Positions 29,426 through 37,096 of a stretch of DNA of 37,494 bases are shown one piece after another. Position 1 is the first letter of the stretch. Each line of letters starts with the position of its first letter. The position numbers and the translations under genes are program-made. The stretch lies in NCBI GenBank assembly GCA_021299075.1, contig JAJTFU010000024.1:1-37494 (forward strand). Direction: 5' to 3'. The notes under the pieces are model-generated. The model was not told the origin of the DNA. It saw only the letters and a program-made list of their open reading frames with translations, and did no database searches. The stretch comes from Novosphingobium sp. Lineage in GTDB: Bacteria; Pseudomonadota; Alphaproteobacteria; Sphingomonadales; Sphingomonadaceae.

Positions 29426-30349
29426 GTGACAATCGATCAATTCATGAACCAGAACTGGGTGGTGATTACACTGCTTGCCTTTGGTACCGGCGTGCTGCTG
29501 GAACTGGGGGCGATCCGTTTTCTGCGGCGAAGGGGGAAAATGCCGCTGAAGGACTCGCTGCTGTCGATCTTCCTTGGGTTGGCCAGCGATCCGGTCAATG
29601 CCATCTTTGCCTTCATTACGACTGCTGCACTGTTTGGCGTCGCCCCCTTTGCCATTGCCGAGATACCGGTGACCTGGTGGTCATTCCTTTTGTGCTTCGT
29701 TCTCGATGACCTGCGCTTTTACCTGCATCACCGCATTTGCCATCGGGTCCGCTGGGGCTGGGCGATGCATGTCGTCCACCACAGCTCGACCAATTTCAAC
29801 ATGCCGATTGCGCTGCGGCAAAGCTGGATGAAGCACTTCACGGGTACGATGATGCTGAAAATCCCACTGATCCTGATCGGATTTGATCCGGTCCTGGTGA
29901 TTTTTTGCGGGGTGCTCAACGCAACCTATCAGTTCTTCCTCCACACCGAAACTATCGACCGGATGCCGCGTTGGTTCGAGACCGTTTTCAATACGCCCAG
30001 TCACCACCGGGTGCACCATGGCCGCAACCCCAAATATCTGGATGCCAATTATGCCGGAACGCTAATCATCTGGGACCGGATATTCGGCACTTTTGTCGAG
30101 GAAGATCGCGCTGAGCCGGTCGACTATGGCTTGGTCAAGAATCTCGAAACCTACAACCCGATCACGATCTTGACGCATGAATATGTTGGCATAGCCAAGG
30201 ACGCCAGCCAAAGCGGACTCAGCTTGCGGCAGCGGCTCTGCTACATCTTTGCGCCGCCCGGTTGGAGCCATGATGGTTCGCGCCAGACGTCGATGGATAT
30301 CAAACGCGAAGCAGGGCTGCTTCTCGACAAAGAACTGCAAAAGGCATGA
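29426..30349 (+). CDS. Sterol desaturase/fatty acid hydroxylase family protein (alkylglycerol monooxygenase-like)
   Basis: His boxes HHRICH, HVVHH, FLH, HHRVHH, followed by NYAGTLIIWDRIFGTF. Confidence 0.88.
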   Translation: MTIDQFMNQNWVVITLLAFGTGVLLELGAIRFLRRRGKMPLKDSLLSIFLGLASDPVNAIFAFITTAALFGVAPFAIAEIPVTWWSFLLCFVLDDLRFYLHHRICHRVRWGWAMHVVHHSSTNFNMPIALRQSWMKHFTGTMMLKIPLILIGFDPVLVIFCGVLNATYQFFLHTETIDRMPRWFETVFNTPSHHRVHHGRNPKYLDANYAGTLIIWDRIFGTFVEEDRAEPVDYGLVKNLETYNPITILTHEYVGIAKDASQSGLSLRQRLCYIFAPPGWSHDGSRQTSMDIKREAGLLLDKELQKA

Positions 30350-30918
30350 TGCCTGCGCACTTTGCGCTGTCTGATGCGGCAATCGTGCTGGTTTCAATCT
30401 GGGCCGGGATGGCCCTCTGGCGCGGCGGCCAGTGGCTTCCCGCGATCGCAATGGCAAGCTTCGGCTTCCCTGCTGCGGTCGGCGTGGTCCGGTTAGGCGG
30501 CGGATTGCAGTCCGAACTTGGCGTGTTCCATGCCGGCACGTCCCAGCTCTTGGGCCTTGTCGGAGCAATCACGCTGGCGGCGGCCTGCATCTCGCGCAAG
30601 ATCCGCTGGGACCATAAGTGGGTTACGGGTGCCATAGTGATGATCGCATGCGCGGTCTTCTTCCTGGCCAAATGGCTGCTGGCTCCATTTTTCATTTTCG
30701 CACTTCTGATTGCATTCGGTGCCACGCTTCGGGATGCCGTGCAGATCAGATCATCGGCGCTTGTACCATCAGGAATCCTGGTCCTGATGGTCAACGTCTT
30801 GCTTATCCGCCGCGCTCCATGGCTGAGTGCTGCTGCAGCGTGGCACGCATATCATGTGCTGATTGCGCTTGCTTTGGCGGTAGTGGCCAAAGGTCTTCTG
30901 GCTGAACAGCGTCGTTGA
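30346..30918 (+). CDS. Hypothetical multi-pass membrane protein
   Basis: About 6-7 hydrophobic segments, WHAYH near the C-terminus, ATGA overlap with the desaturase stop. Confidence 0.7.
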   Translation: MMPAHFALSDAAIVLVSIWAGMALWRGGQWLPAIAMASFGFPAAVGVVRLGGGLQSELGVFHAGTSQLLGLVGAITLAAACISRKIRWDHKWVTGAIVMIACAVFFLAKWLLAPFFIFALLIAFGATLRDAVQIRSSALVPSGILVLMVNVLLIRRAPWLSAAAAWHAYHVLIALALAVVAKGLLAEQRR

Positions 30919-30952
30919 CGCGATCTCGCGCTCAGCAGCGCCGTTCGCCTAC

Positions 30953-31639
30953 TCAAGCCCCCGCGCGATAATCCGCAGTGATCAACCCGGCAGCTGCCAG
31001 CTCGTCCTCATGGCTCACTTCGCGCCAATCTTCGGCCAGCGCGGCCGCTTCCCACTCCCGCATCGCCGGGTGGGCGAGGACATGGTCGACCCAGGCCTGT
31101 CCCTTTCCAACGTCCAGCCCATAGGTGCGAATGCGGAAGGCGACTGGGGCGTAAAAGGCATCGGCGGCGGTAAACTCGGCCCCCGCGAGCCAGGGGCCGC
31201 CGAAGCGGGCCAGCCCGTGCTCGAAAATCTCGCGCACCCGCGCCACGTTGCGTTTCAGTCCTTCGCTCATCGGCTTGGGAGTGACGCGGACGCCAACGTT
31301 CATCGTGCAATCATTGCGCAGATGTCCAAAGCCGCCGTGCATTTCGCAGACCGCGCCATGGGCAAAGATCCGCGCTTCGGGATCGGTCGGCCAGACCCCA
31401 TCGTGCCGATCGGCCAGATAGAGCGCGATGCCGAGCGAATCCGGCACCTTGCGCGCGCCATCGATCAGCAGCGGGACCTGGCCGGTGGGGGAGAATGCGC
31501 GGAAATCCTCGTAGTTGTCCGGCTTGGTGAAAGGTTCGAGCCGGTCCTCAAAAGGTATGCCCAGTGCCTTCATCAGCACCCAGGGGCGCAGGCTCCAGCT
31601 CGAATAGTTCCGGTTGGCGGTGATCAGGGTATAGGTCAT
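30953..31639 (-). CDS. Glutathione S-transferase family protein
   Basis: NYSSWSLRPW, SPTGQVPLL, DSLGI, CEMHGGF, FTAADAFYAPV. Confidence 0.92.
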   Translation of the reverse strand: MTYTLITANRNYSSWSLRPWVLMKALGIPFEDRLEPFTKPDNYEDFRAFSPTGQVPLLIDGARKVPDSLGIALYLADRHDGVWPTDPEARIFAHGAVCEMHGGFGHLRNDCTMNVGVRVTPKPMSEGLKRNVARVREIFEHGLARFGGPWLAGAEFTAADAFYAPVAFRIRTYGLDVGKGQAWVDHVLAHPAMREWEAAALAEDWREVSHEDELAAAGLITADYRAGA

Positions 31640-31676
31640 TTGCGCAAACTAACTCGACCTCGCCGACAAACAACCC

Positions 31677-31815
31677 CGTCATCCTGAACTTGTTTCAGGA
31701 TCCATGGTGCCGCTCAGCCCGATTGTCGCGGCAAGGCGCCGTTGGCCCGGTTTGCGCTCCACTCCGCGACATCGGTAAACCGATGGATGGATCCTGAAAC
31801 AAGTTCAGGATGACG
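31677..31815. repeat. 139-bp palindromic MITE/REP-like element with perfect 29-bp terminal inverted repeats
   Basis: CGTCATCCTGAACTTGTTTCAGGATCCAT (31677-31705) is the exact reverse complement of 31787-31815. Each arm is itself a hairpin (ATCCTGAA-N5-TTCAGGAT). Confidence 0.85.
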
Positions 31816-31827
31816 AGCGGGGGACTG

Positions 31828-32490
31828 TCAGGCATAGGCCGCCGCATCCTCATCCGGCCAGCGTTCCAGCCGCGGGGTTGCGGAATCGAGGAACAGGCTG
31901 GGCAGCTTGACCAGCATCAGCACCTTGTGAATGCACCAATCGGCCGCGCGCTCGTTGCACTTGGCGGTGGCCTTGCCGTGGCGTTCGAGCCAGCGCTGAT
32001 AGGGCAGGAAGTGATCCGGCTCGTCCTTGTGGACGATCTGGAAGATCTTCTTCATCACCGGATCGGACATGATCACCCGGTTGCGCAGGATGATCTCAAC
32101 CTGGGCGTAGCCGCGCTGTTCGGTCAGCATGATGATCCGGCACAGCTGTTCAAACTCGGCAGCGTCTTCGACCACCTGGTTGGTGTCGAGCTCTTCGATC
32201 GTGCAGCCAAAGATCCACTGGATGAACCGGTCGATATGGCCGCAGCTGTGATCGACTTTCAGTGGCATTTTTCCCTGCCGTTCGAACCAGCGTTTGAACA
32301 TCACATAGTGCTTGTGCTCATCGGCGCGGTGTTTGACGATTTCGGCCTGAAAGGCCGGTTCGTCGGGGCAGCGCTGCTTCACCGCCGCTATCACCCGGTC
32401 AAGCGAGGTATAGCCGCGGTATTCATTGTAGAGATAGATCGACGCCAGCACATCAAGATAGCGGGCGCGAAAGGCGGTGGTGACGCCCAT
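31828..32490 (-). CDS. Ferritin-like di-iron domain protein
   Basis: E..(D)ExxH twice: NEYRG, DEHKH, TEQRG, DEPDH. Confidence 0.78.
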   Translation of the reverse strand: MGVTTAFRARYLDVLASIYLYNEYRGYTSLDRVIAAVKQRCPDEPAFQAEIVKHRADEHKHYVMFKRWFERQGKMPLKVDHSCGHIDRFIQWIFGCTIEELDTNQVVEDAAEFEQLCRIIMLTEQRGYAQVEIILRNRVIMSDPVMKKIFQIVHKDEPDHFLPYQRWLERHGKATAKCNERAADWCIHKVLMLVKLPSLFLDSATPRLERWPDEDAAAYA

Positions 32491-33624
32491 CTAACCAAGC
32501 ATGCCGTTAAGTTCGGCCACGGCCTCGATAAATTCCTCGCGGAAATCTTGCACAACGCCCTTGGCGCTGCGCACCTGATCGACCAGCCCAACACCCTGAC
32601 CCACGAAATAGCTGACCAGATCGCGGGCAGCTTCATTGCCATTGACCACCGACTTTTCGATCCGCTGGAAGGCCGGTTCGGAAACCATGCCCATCAAGGG
32701 CATCGGTAGCGGGCCCGGACCCTGGGCGCTGTCCCAGGCTTCGTGCCAGGCGGTCTTGAGCTGGCGGGCCGGCTTGCCCGTCCGGCTGCGGCTGCGCACC
32801 GTATCGCGGCTGCGCGCGGCGACCATCTTGTCGCGGAAGGCTTCGCTGGTTTCGCTCTCGGTTGTGGCGAGCCAGACCGAGCCGGTCCAGGCGCCTTGCG
32901 CGCCAGCGGCCATCATCCCGGCCATCTGCGCGCCGGTCATGATCCCGCCGGCAGCCAGCACCGGAATGTTATGACCAGCGCCTTTGAGGGCGCGGACTAC
33001 TTCGGGGATTAGCACCAGGGTCGAAACCTCGCCGCAGTGGCCGCCGGCTTCGGTACCCTGGGCGACGATGATATCAACCCCGGCAGCGGCCTGACGCAGT
33101 GCGTGCTCCTTGGCCCCGACCAGCGCCGCTACGGGCACGCCGCGCTTCTTGCCTTCCTCGATCATCTTCGGCGGGGCGATGCCCAACGCATTGGCAATCA
33201 GCTTGATCGGGTGGCGGAAGGCGACTTCCATCTGGGCATAGCCGTTCTCTGGGGTGATCCCGGCGCGGCCCTCATAACGGACCACATCCTGCGGAGAAAC
33301 GTCAACTCCGTACTGGCCCAGTAGTTCCGCAGTGAACTGGCGGTGCTGTTCGGAAATGGCCGCCGCACGCTGCGCGTTGTCCTGGAATTCGGCCACACGC
33401 GGGTCGACAATTTCAGGTACCAACACGTCCACGCCATAGGGCGCGCCGTCGATGTGGGCGTCGATCCAGGCCAGCTCTTCCTCAAGCTGGTCGGGCGTGA
33501 AGCGCGTTGCACCCAGCACGCCGAAGCCGCCAGCCTTACTGACGGCCACAACCACGTCGCGGCAGTGGCTGAAGGCAAACAGCGGAAACTCGCACCCGGC
33601 CATCCGGCAAACGGCATTGTTCAT
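32491..33624 (-). CDS. Nitronate monooxygenase family FMN-dependent oxidoreductase
   Basis: AVSKAGGFGVLG, VAQGTEAGGHCG, PVLAAGGI, GAWTGSVWL. Confidence 0.88.
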   Translation of the reverse strand: MNNAVCRMAGCEFPLFAFSHCRDVVVAVSKAGGFGVLGATRFTPDQLEEELAWIDAHIDGAPYGVDVLVPEIVDPRVAEFQDNAQRAAAISEQHRQFTAELLGQYGVDVSPQDVVRYEGRAGITPENGYAQMEVAFRHPIKLIANALGIAPPKMIEEGKKRGVPVAALVGAKEHALRQAAAGVDIIVAQGTEAGGHCGEVSTLVLIPEVVRALKGAGHNIPVLAAGGIMTGAQMAGMMAAGAQGAWTGSVWLATTESETSEAFRDKMVAARSRDTVRSRSRTGKPARQLKTAWHEAWDSAQGPGPLPMPLMGMVSEPAFQRIEKSVVNGNEAARDLVSYFVGQGVGLVDQVRSAKGVVQDFREEFIEAVAELNGMLG

Positions 33625-33695
33625 GATTCTCTCCCTCGTCGGGAGCGATCATTACGCGCCGGACGGTCCCTCGCAAGACCTGTTTAATCGAACGA

Positions 33696-34355
33696 TTAAG
33701 ACTCGTAATGCGCGGTCGTCTTTGCCGCCACTTCCTCGGCAGTGACGCCCGGTGCCAGTTCGATCAGCTTGAACGGCGATTGGTGGTCGGGCCGCTGGAA
33801 TACGCAGAGGTCGGTGATGATCATGTCGACCACGTTGCGGCCGGTCAGCGGCAGGGTGCATTCCGGGATGAACTTGGGGCTGCCGTCCTTGGCGCAGTGT
33901 TCCATCACGACGATGATCTTCTTGACCCCGGCAACCAGGTCCATCGCCCCGCCCATGCCCTTGATCATCTTGCCGGGCACCATCCAGTTGGCGATGTCAC
34001 CCTTTTCGGAGACTTCCATCCCGCCCAGCACGGTCAGGTCGATCTTGCCGCCGCGGATCATCGCGAAGGACTGCGCCGAATCGAAATAGGCCGAATGCGG
34101 CAGTTCGCTGATCGTCTGCTTGCCGGCGTTGATCAGGTCGGCGTCAACCGCGTCCTCGGTCGGGAAGGGGCCGATGCCCAGCATCCCGTTTTCCGATTGC
34201 AGCGTCACCGTGATCCCGGCGGGGACGTGGTTCGCCACCAGCGTCGGGATGCCGATGCCGAGGTTCACATAAAAGCCATCGCGCAGCTCCTGCGCGGCGC
34301 GGGCGGCCATCTGGTCGCGGCTCCAGCCCTGGGCGATTCCATCATGCTTGGTCAT
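33696..34355 (-). CDS. scoB: 3-oxoacid CoA-transferase subunit B
   Basis: VNLGIGIPT, catalytic [27 protein letters not shown]. Confidence 0.9.
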   Translation of the reverse strand: MTKHDGIAQGWSRDQMAARAAQELRDGFYVNLGIGIPTLVANHVPAGITVTLQSENGMLGIGPFPTEDAVDADLINAGKQTISELPHSAYFDSAQSFAMIRGGKIDLTVLGGMEVSEKGDIANWMVPGKMIKGMGGAMDLVAGVKKIIVVMEHCAKDGSPKFIPECTLPLTGRNVVDMIITDLCVFQRPDHQSPFKLIELAPGVTAEEVAAKTTAHYES

Positions 34356-35062
34356 CAGCCGACATCCGTGGTGCGAGTGGTGCGGAACTCGATCTTCTTG
34401 TCGTAGGGACTGCCCGCGATCAGGCGCTGGACATAGACGCCCGGCAGGTGGATCGCATCGGCCTCGAGCTGACCTGGCTCGACCAGTTCCTCGACCTCGA
34501 CCACGCAGATCTTGCCGCAAGTCGCGGCCGGCACGTTGAAGTTGCGCGCGGTCTTGCGGAACACGACGTTGCCGGTGGTGTCGGCCTTCCAGGCCTTGAC
34601 CAGGGCCAGGTCGGCCACGATCCCGCGCTCGAGGATATATTCCTCACCGTCGAAGACCTTGGCTTCCTTGCCTTCGGCCACCAGCGTGCCGACGCCGGTC
34701 TTGGTGTAGAAGCCGGGAATGCCCGCCCCGCCGGCGCGCATCCGCTCGGCCAGGGTGCCCTGGGGGCAGAATTCAACTTCCAGCTCACCCGACAAGTACT
34801 GGCGCTCGAACTCCTTGTTCTCACCCACGTAGCTCGAGACCATCTTCTTCACCTGCCGCGTGCGCAGCAGCTTGCCGATGCCTTCGTTATCGATCCCGGC
34901 GTTGTTCGAATAGAAGGTCAGGCCGCTCACGCCGCTGTCACGGACCGCATCGAGCAGCCGCTCCGGAATGCCGCAGAGGCCAAAGCCGCCACAGGCAATG
35001 TGGAGGTCGTTCTTCAGCAGCCCGTCAAGCGCAGCCGCCGCATCAGGATAAAGCTTGTTCAT
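34355..35062 (-). CDS. scoA: 3-oxoacid CoA-transferase subunit A
   Basis: [43 protein letters not shown]. Confidence 0.9.
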   Translation of the reverse strand: MNKLYPDAAAALDGLLKNDLHIACGGFGLCGIPERLLDAVRDSGVSGLTFYSNNAGIDNEGIGKLLRTRQVKKMVSSYVGENKEFERQYLSGELEVEFCPQGTLAERMRAGGAGIPGFYTKTGVGTLVAEGKEAKVFDGEEYILERGIVADLALVKAWKADTTGNVVFRKTARNFNVPAATCGKICVVEVEELVEPGQLEADAIHLPGVYVQRLIAGSPYDKKIEFRTTRTTDVG

Positions 35063-35159
35063 TCCCGCTCCCCGCTGGAAAAAGCGCGTTTCCGCTACGG
35101 CCAAAGGGCGGCTGGCGCAATTGCAAGCCGCGCCGTTACGGTTGCGTGGAATGCACCGG

Positions 35160-35816
35160 TCAGCTGATCAGGTCCAGCCCCAGCAATGCACCAAGATCGG
35201 CCAGAGCCTGTTCGCCGCTGGTCACCTTGATCGCCGCCATGCCGAGCTGCGCCGCCGGTTTGCAGTTGATCCCCAGGTCATCGAGATAGACGCAGACGTC
35301 TGGCCCCAGTCCCAGGTGCTCGCACATCATCTGGTAGATCCGCGGATCGGGCTTGCGCACCCCGGCCTTGGAGCTTTCGATCACGTGTTCGAACCGGGCG
35401 AAGACCTGCTCGTAGGCATCGGACCGGTCACCGCTGCGGGCCATGCCGGCGCCGTGGCCGGTGGGCACATTGTTGGTGATGCAGGCCAGACGGTAGTCGG
35501 CTGCCTTCAGGCGGTCGAGCGCGGTGACCATCGCCGGGCGGATCGATCCCGAGAGGACCGCCAGGACCGAGGCCCCGTCCAGTTCATGCCCGGCCGCCTT
35601 GGCTTCGGCGGCGAACCTGTCGTTGAACTCAGCCGCGCTGATCGCGGCGCGCTCGAACAGCGCCCAGGCGTTGCTATCCGGGTTGGTGGCATTGACGGTG
35701 CGGACGAAATCGCGCGGCAGGCCGCGTTCTTCCTCCAGCCGGTTGAACGCTTCGAACGGACTGGCGGTGATCACGCCGCCAAAATCAAAGATCACGGCTT
35801 CGAAACTGCCTGCCAT
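35160..35816 (-). CDS. HAD-superfamily hydrolase (epoxide hydrolase N-terminal phosphatase-like)
   Basis: [31 protein letters not shown]. Start at 35816 or 35834. Confidence 0.87.
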   Translation of the reverse strand: MAGSFEAVIFDFGGVITASPFEAFNRLEEERGLPRDFVRTVNATNPDSNAWALFERAAISAAEFNDRFAAEAKAAGHELDGASVLAVLSGSIRPAMVTALDRLKAADYRLACITNNVPTGHGAGMARSGDRSDAYEQVFARFEHVIESSKAGVRKPDPRIYQMMCEHLGLGPDVCVYLDDLGINCKPAAQLGMAAIKVTSGEQALADLGALLGLDLIS

Positions 35817-35887
35817 TTTCGGACTTTCCCTCATGCTCGGACCGTTTCGCAGTGGCCGAACCGGGCGCGCGGCGCAAGTCGCGCGAT

Positions 35888-35901
35888 TTGACCGGGATCA
35901 T
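35888..35901 (+). promoter_or_regulatory. FixK/Fnr-like box upstream of usp
   Basis: TTGAC-cggg-ATCAT versus consensus TTGAT-N4-ATCAA (8/10), centred about 58 bp upstream of the usp ATG. Confidence 0.45.
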
Positions 35902-35952
35902 GGACGGATATTCGCAAGTGGCTCAACCTCTGCACATGAAAGGAGAGAGGTA

Positions 35953-36738
35953 ATGCGCTCAATTCTTGTTCAAGGGGGACGCGATGCCGGGATGGGCGCG
36001 CGGCTGGATACCGCGATGGACCTTGCCCGCGCCCATAATGGGCACCTGACCGTGCTGGTCGATACGCCGGTCGACAAATACGTCACGATCGATCCCTATG
36101 GCGGAGCAATCCTGGCCCGTGAGGCGCTGGAAAACGCGCTCAAGGAAGACGATGCCCTGGCGGCGGCCTTTGGCGAACGGCTGGCGCGCGATGACGTACC
36201 ATTCGATGTTGCCCAGTCCGAGCTGCCGCAGATCGATGCCCTGGCCCGCTGCGGCGATCTGACCGACCTGGTGGTGGTCTCGCGCAGCAGTGGCCTCGCC
36301 GGGGACCTGGCGCTCAGCGCGTCCTGCCCGGTTCTGGCCTTGCCCGATGACGTTCCGCTCAAGCTGCCGCTGGGTACGGTCTGCATTGCCTGGGACGGTG
36401 GCACCGAAGCGGCGCGCGCCATGAAGGCCGCCGTCCCGCTGCTGGCGGGCGCCAGCGATGTGCGGGTGCTGACCGTTGCAGTCGACAAGCCAGAGGGCTT
36501 CCCGCCGACCGAGGCGCTGCGCTATCTTGCGCGGCACGGTATCAGGGCGGAGCTGACCGAACTGACCCGCGGAAATTCGGTGGAAGAGACGCTCGCCAGC
36601 GAAGTACGGCGCACCCGCGCGCAACTCGTGGTGATGGGGGCCTACAGCCACAGCCGCCTGCGCGAATTCCTGTTCGGCGGGGTAACCCGGTTCTTCCTGG
36701 ACGAGCTGACCGCGCCGCCCTTGCTGATTGCCCACTGA
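35953..36738 (+). CDS. Universal stress protein (tandem USP domains)
   Basis: Strong RBS AGGAGAGAGG; IAWDGG.EAARA, LVVMGAYSHSRLREFLFGGVTR, PLLIAH. Confidence 0.9.
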   Translation: MRSILVQGGRDAGMGARLDTAMDLARAHNGHLTVLVDTPVDKYVTIDPYGGAILAREALENALKEDDALAAAFGERLARDDVPFDVAQSELPQIDALARCGDLTDLVVVSRSSGLAGDLALSASCPVLALPDDVPLKLPLGTVCIAWDGGTEAARAMKAAVPLLAGASDVRVLTVAVDKPEGFPPTEALRYLARHGIRAELTELTRGNSVEETLASEVRRTRAQLVVMGAYSHSRLREFLFGGVTRFFLDELTAPPLLIAH

Positions 36739-36920
36739 TGGTGCGGCGCAGCATTAAGGCCCAGGTTGCCAGCGGGCCGCAACCTGTCATTTGTGCTGGG
36801 GTTACGTAAACAGTCAGGGATTCCGGGCCCTTGCTGCAAACTGAACGTATGTTGCAAATTGCGCAACAAGCGATGCCCTTTTCGCACTTGCACAAAATGC
36901 GGCACTGCACCATTTAGAAC

Positions 36921-36989
36921 CTGCCTTTCAGGCATCCTCTCCCAAAACTTTCAAAGGCCCGGTCGGCAACGACCGGGCCTCTCTTTTTT
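36921..36989 (+). ncRNA. Putative small RNA, suhB/alpha-r8 (MmgR-like) family
   Basis: 5' hairpin TGCCT-ttc-AGGCA, single-stranded anti-SD-like TCCTCTCCC, then terminator AGGCCCGGTCG-gcaa-CGACCGGGCCT-ctcTTTTTT. It lies about 180 bp downstream of the usp stop, behind an AT/TGC-rich promoter-like stretch. Confidence 0.6.
36955..36989 (+). terminator. Rho-independent terminator
   Basis: Perfect 11-bp stem, GCAA tetraloop, CTCTTTTTT tail. Confidence 0.8.
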
Positions 36990-37025
36990 CCGGTTCGGGC
37001 GAACTCCTTGCCCGGAACCGTACCC

Positions 37026-37053
37026 TTTGCATTCCGGTTTCGAGTCCCTAGCT
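37026..37053 (+). promoter_or_regulatory. RpoH (sigma32)-like promoter for cdc48
   Basis: TTTG-N17-CCTAGCT resembles the alphaproteobacterial RpoH consensus CTTG-N17/18-CCTATNT; about 43 bp before the ATG. Confidence 0.35.
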
Positions 37054-37096
37054 TAACCCTTGTCCGGTCCCCTGGGGCCGCAACCAGGATGGGACC

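Noticed and set aside
31677-31815. Palindromic 29-bp units as a mini-CRISPR
   Set aside because: The two units are inverted, not direct. There is only one 81-bp interval and no cas genes.
91-35952. Long N-terminal extensions in the ORF track (P450 from 91, M61 from 21292, hisS from 21166, scoB from 34520, usp from 35524)
   Set aside because: They overlap neighbouring genes. Downstream starts fit RBSs, signal peptides and family lengths better.
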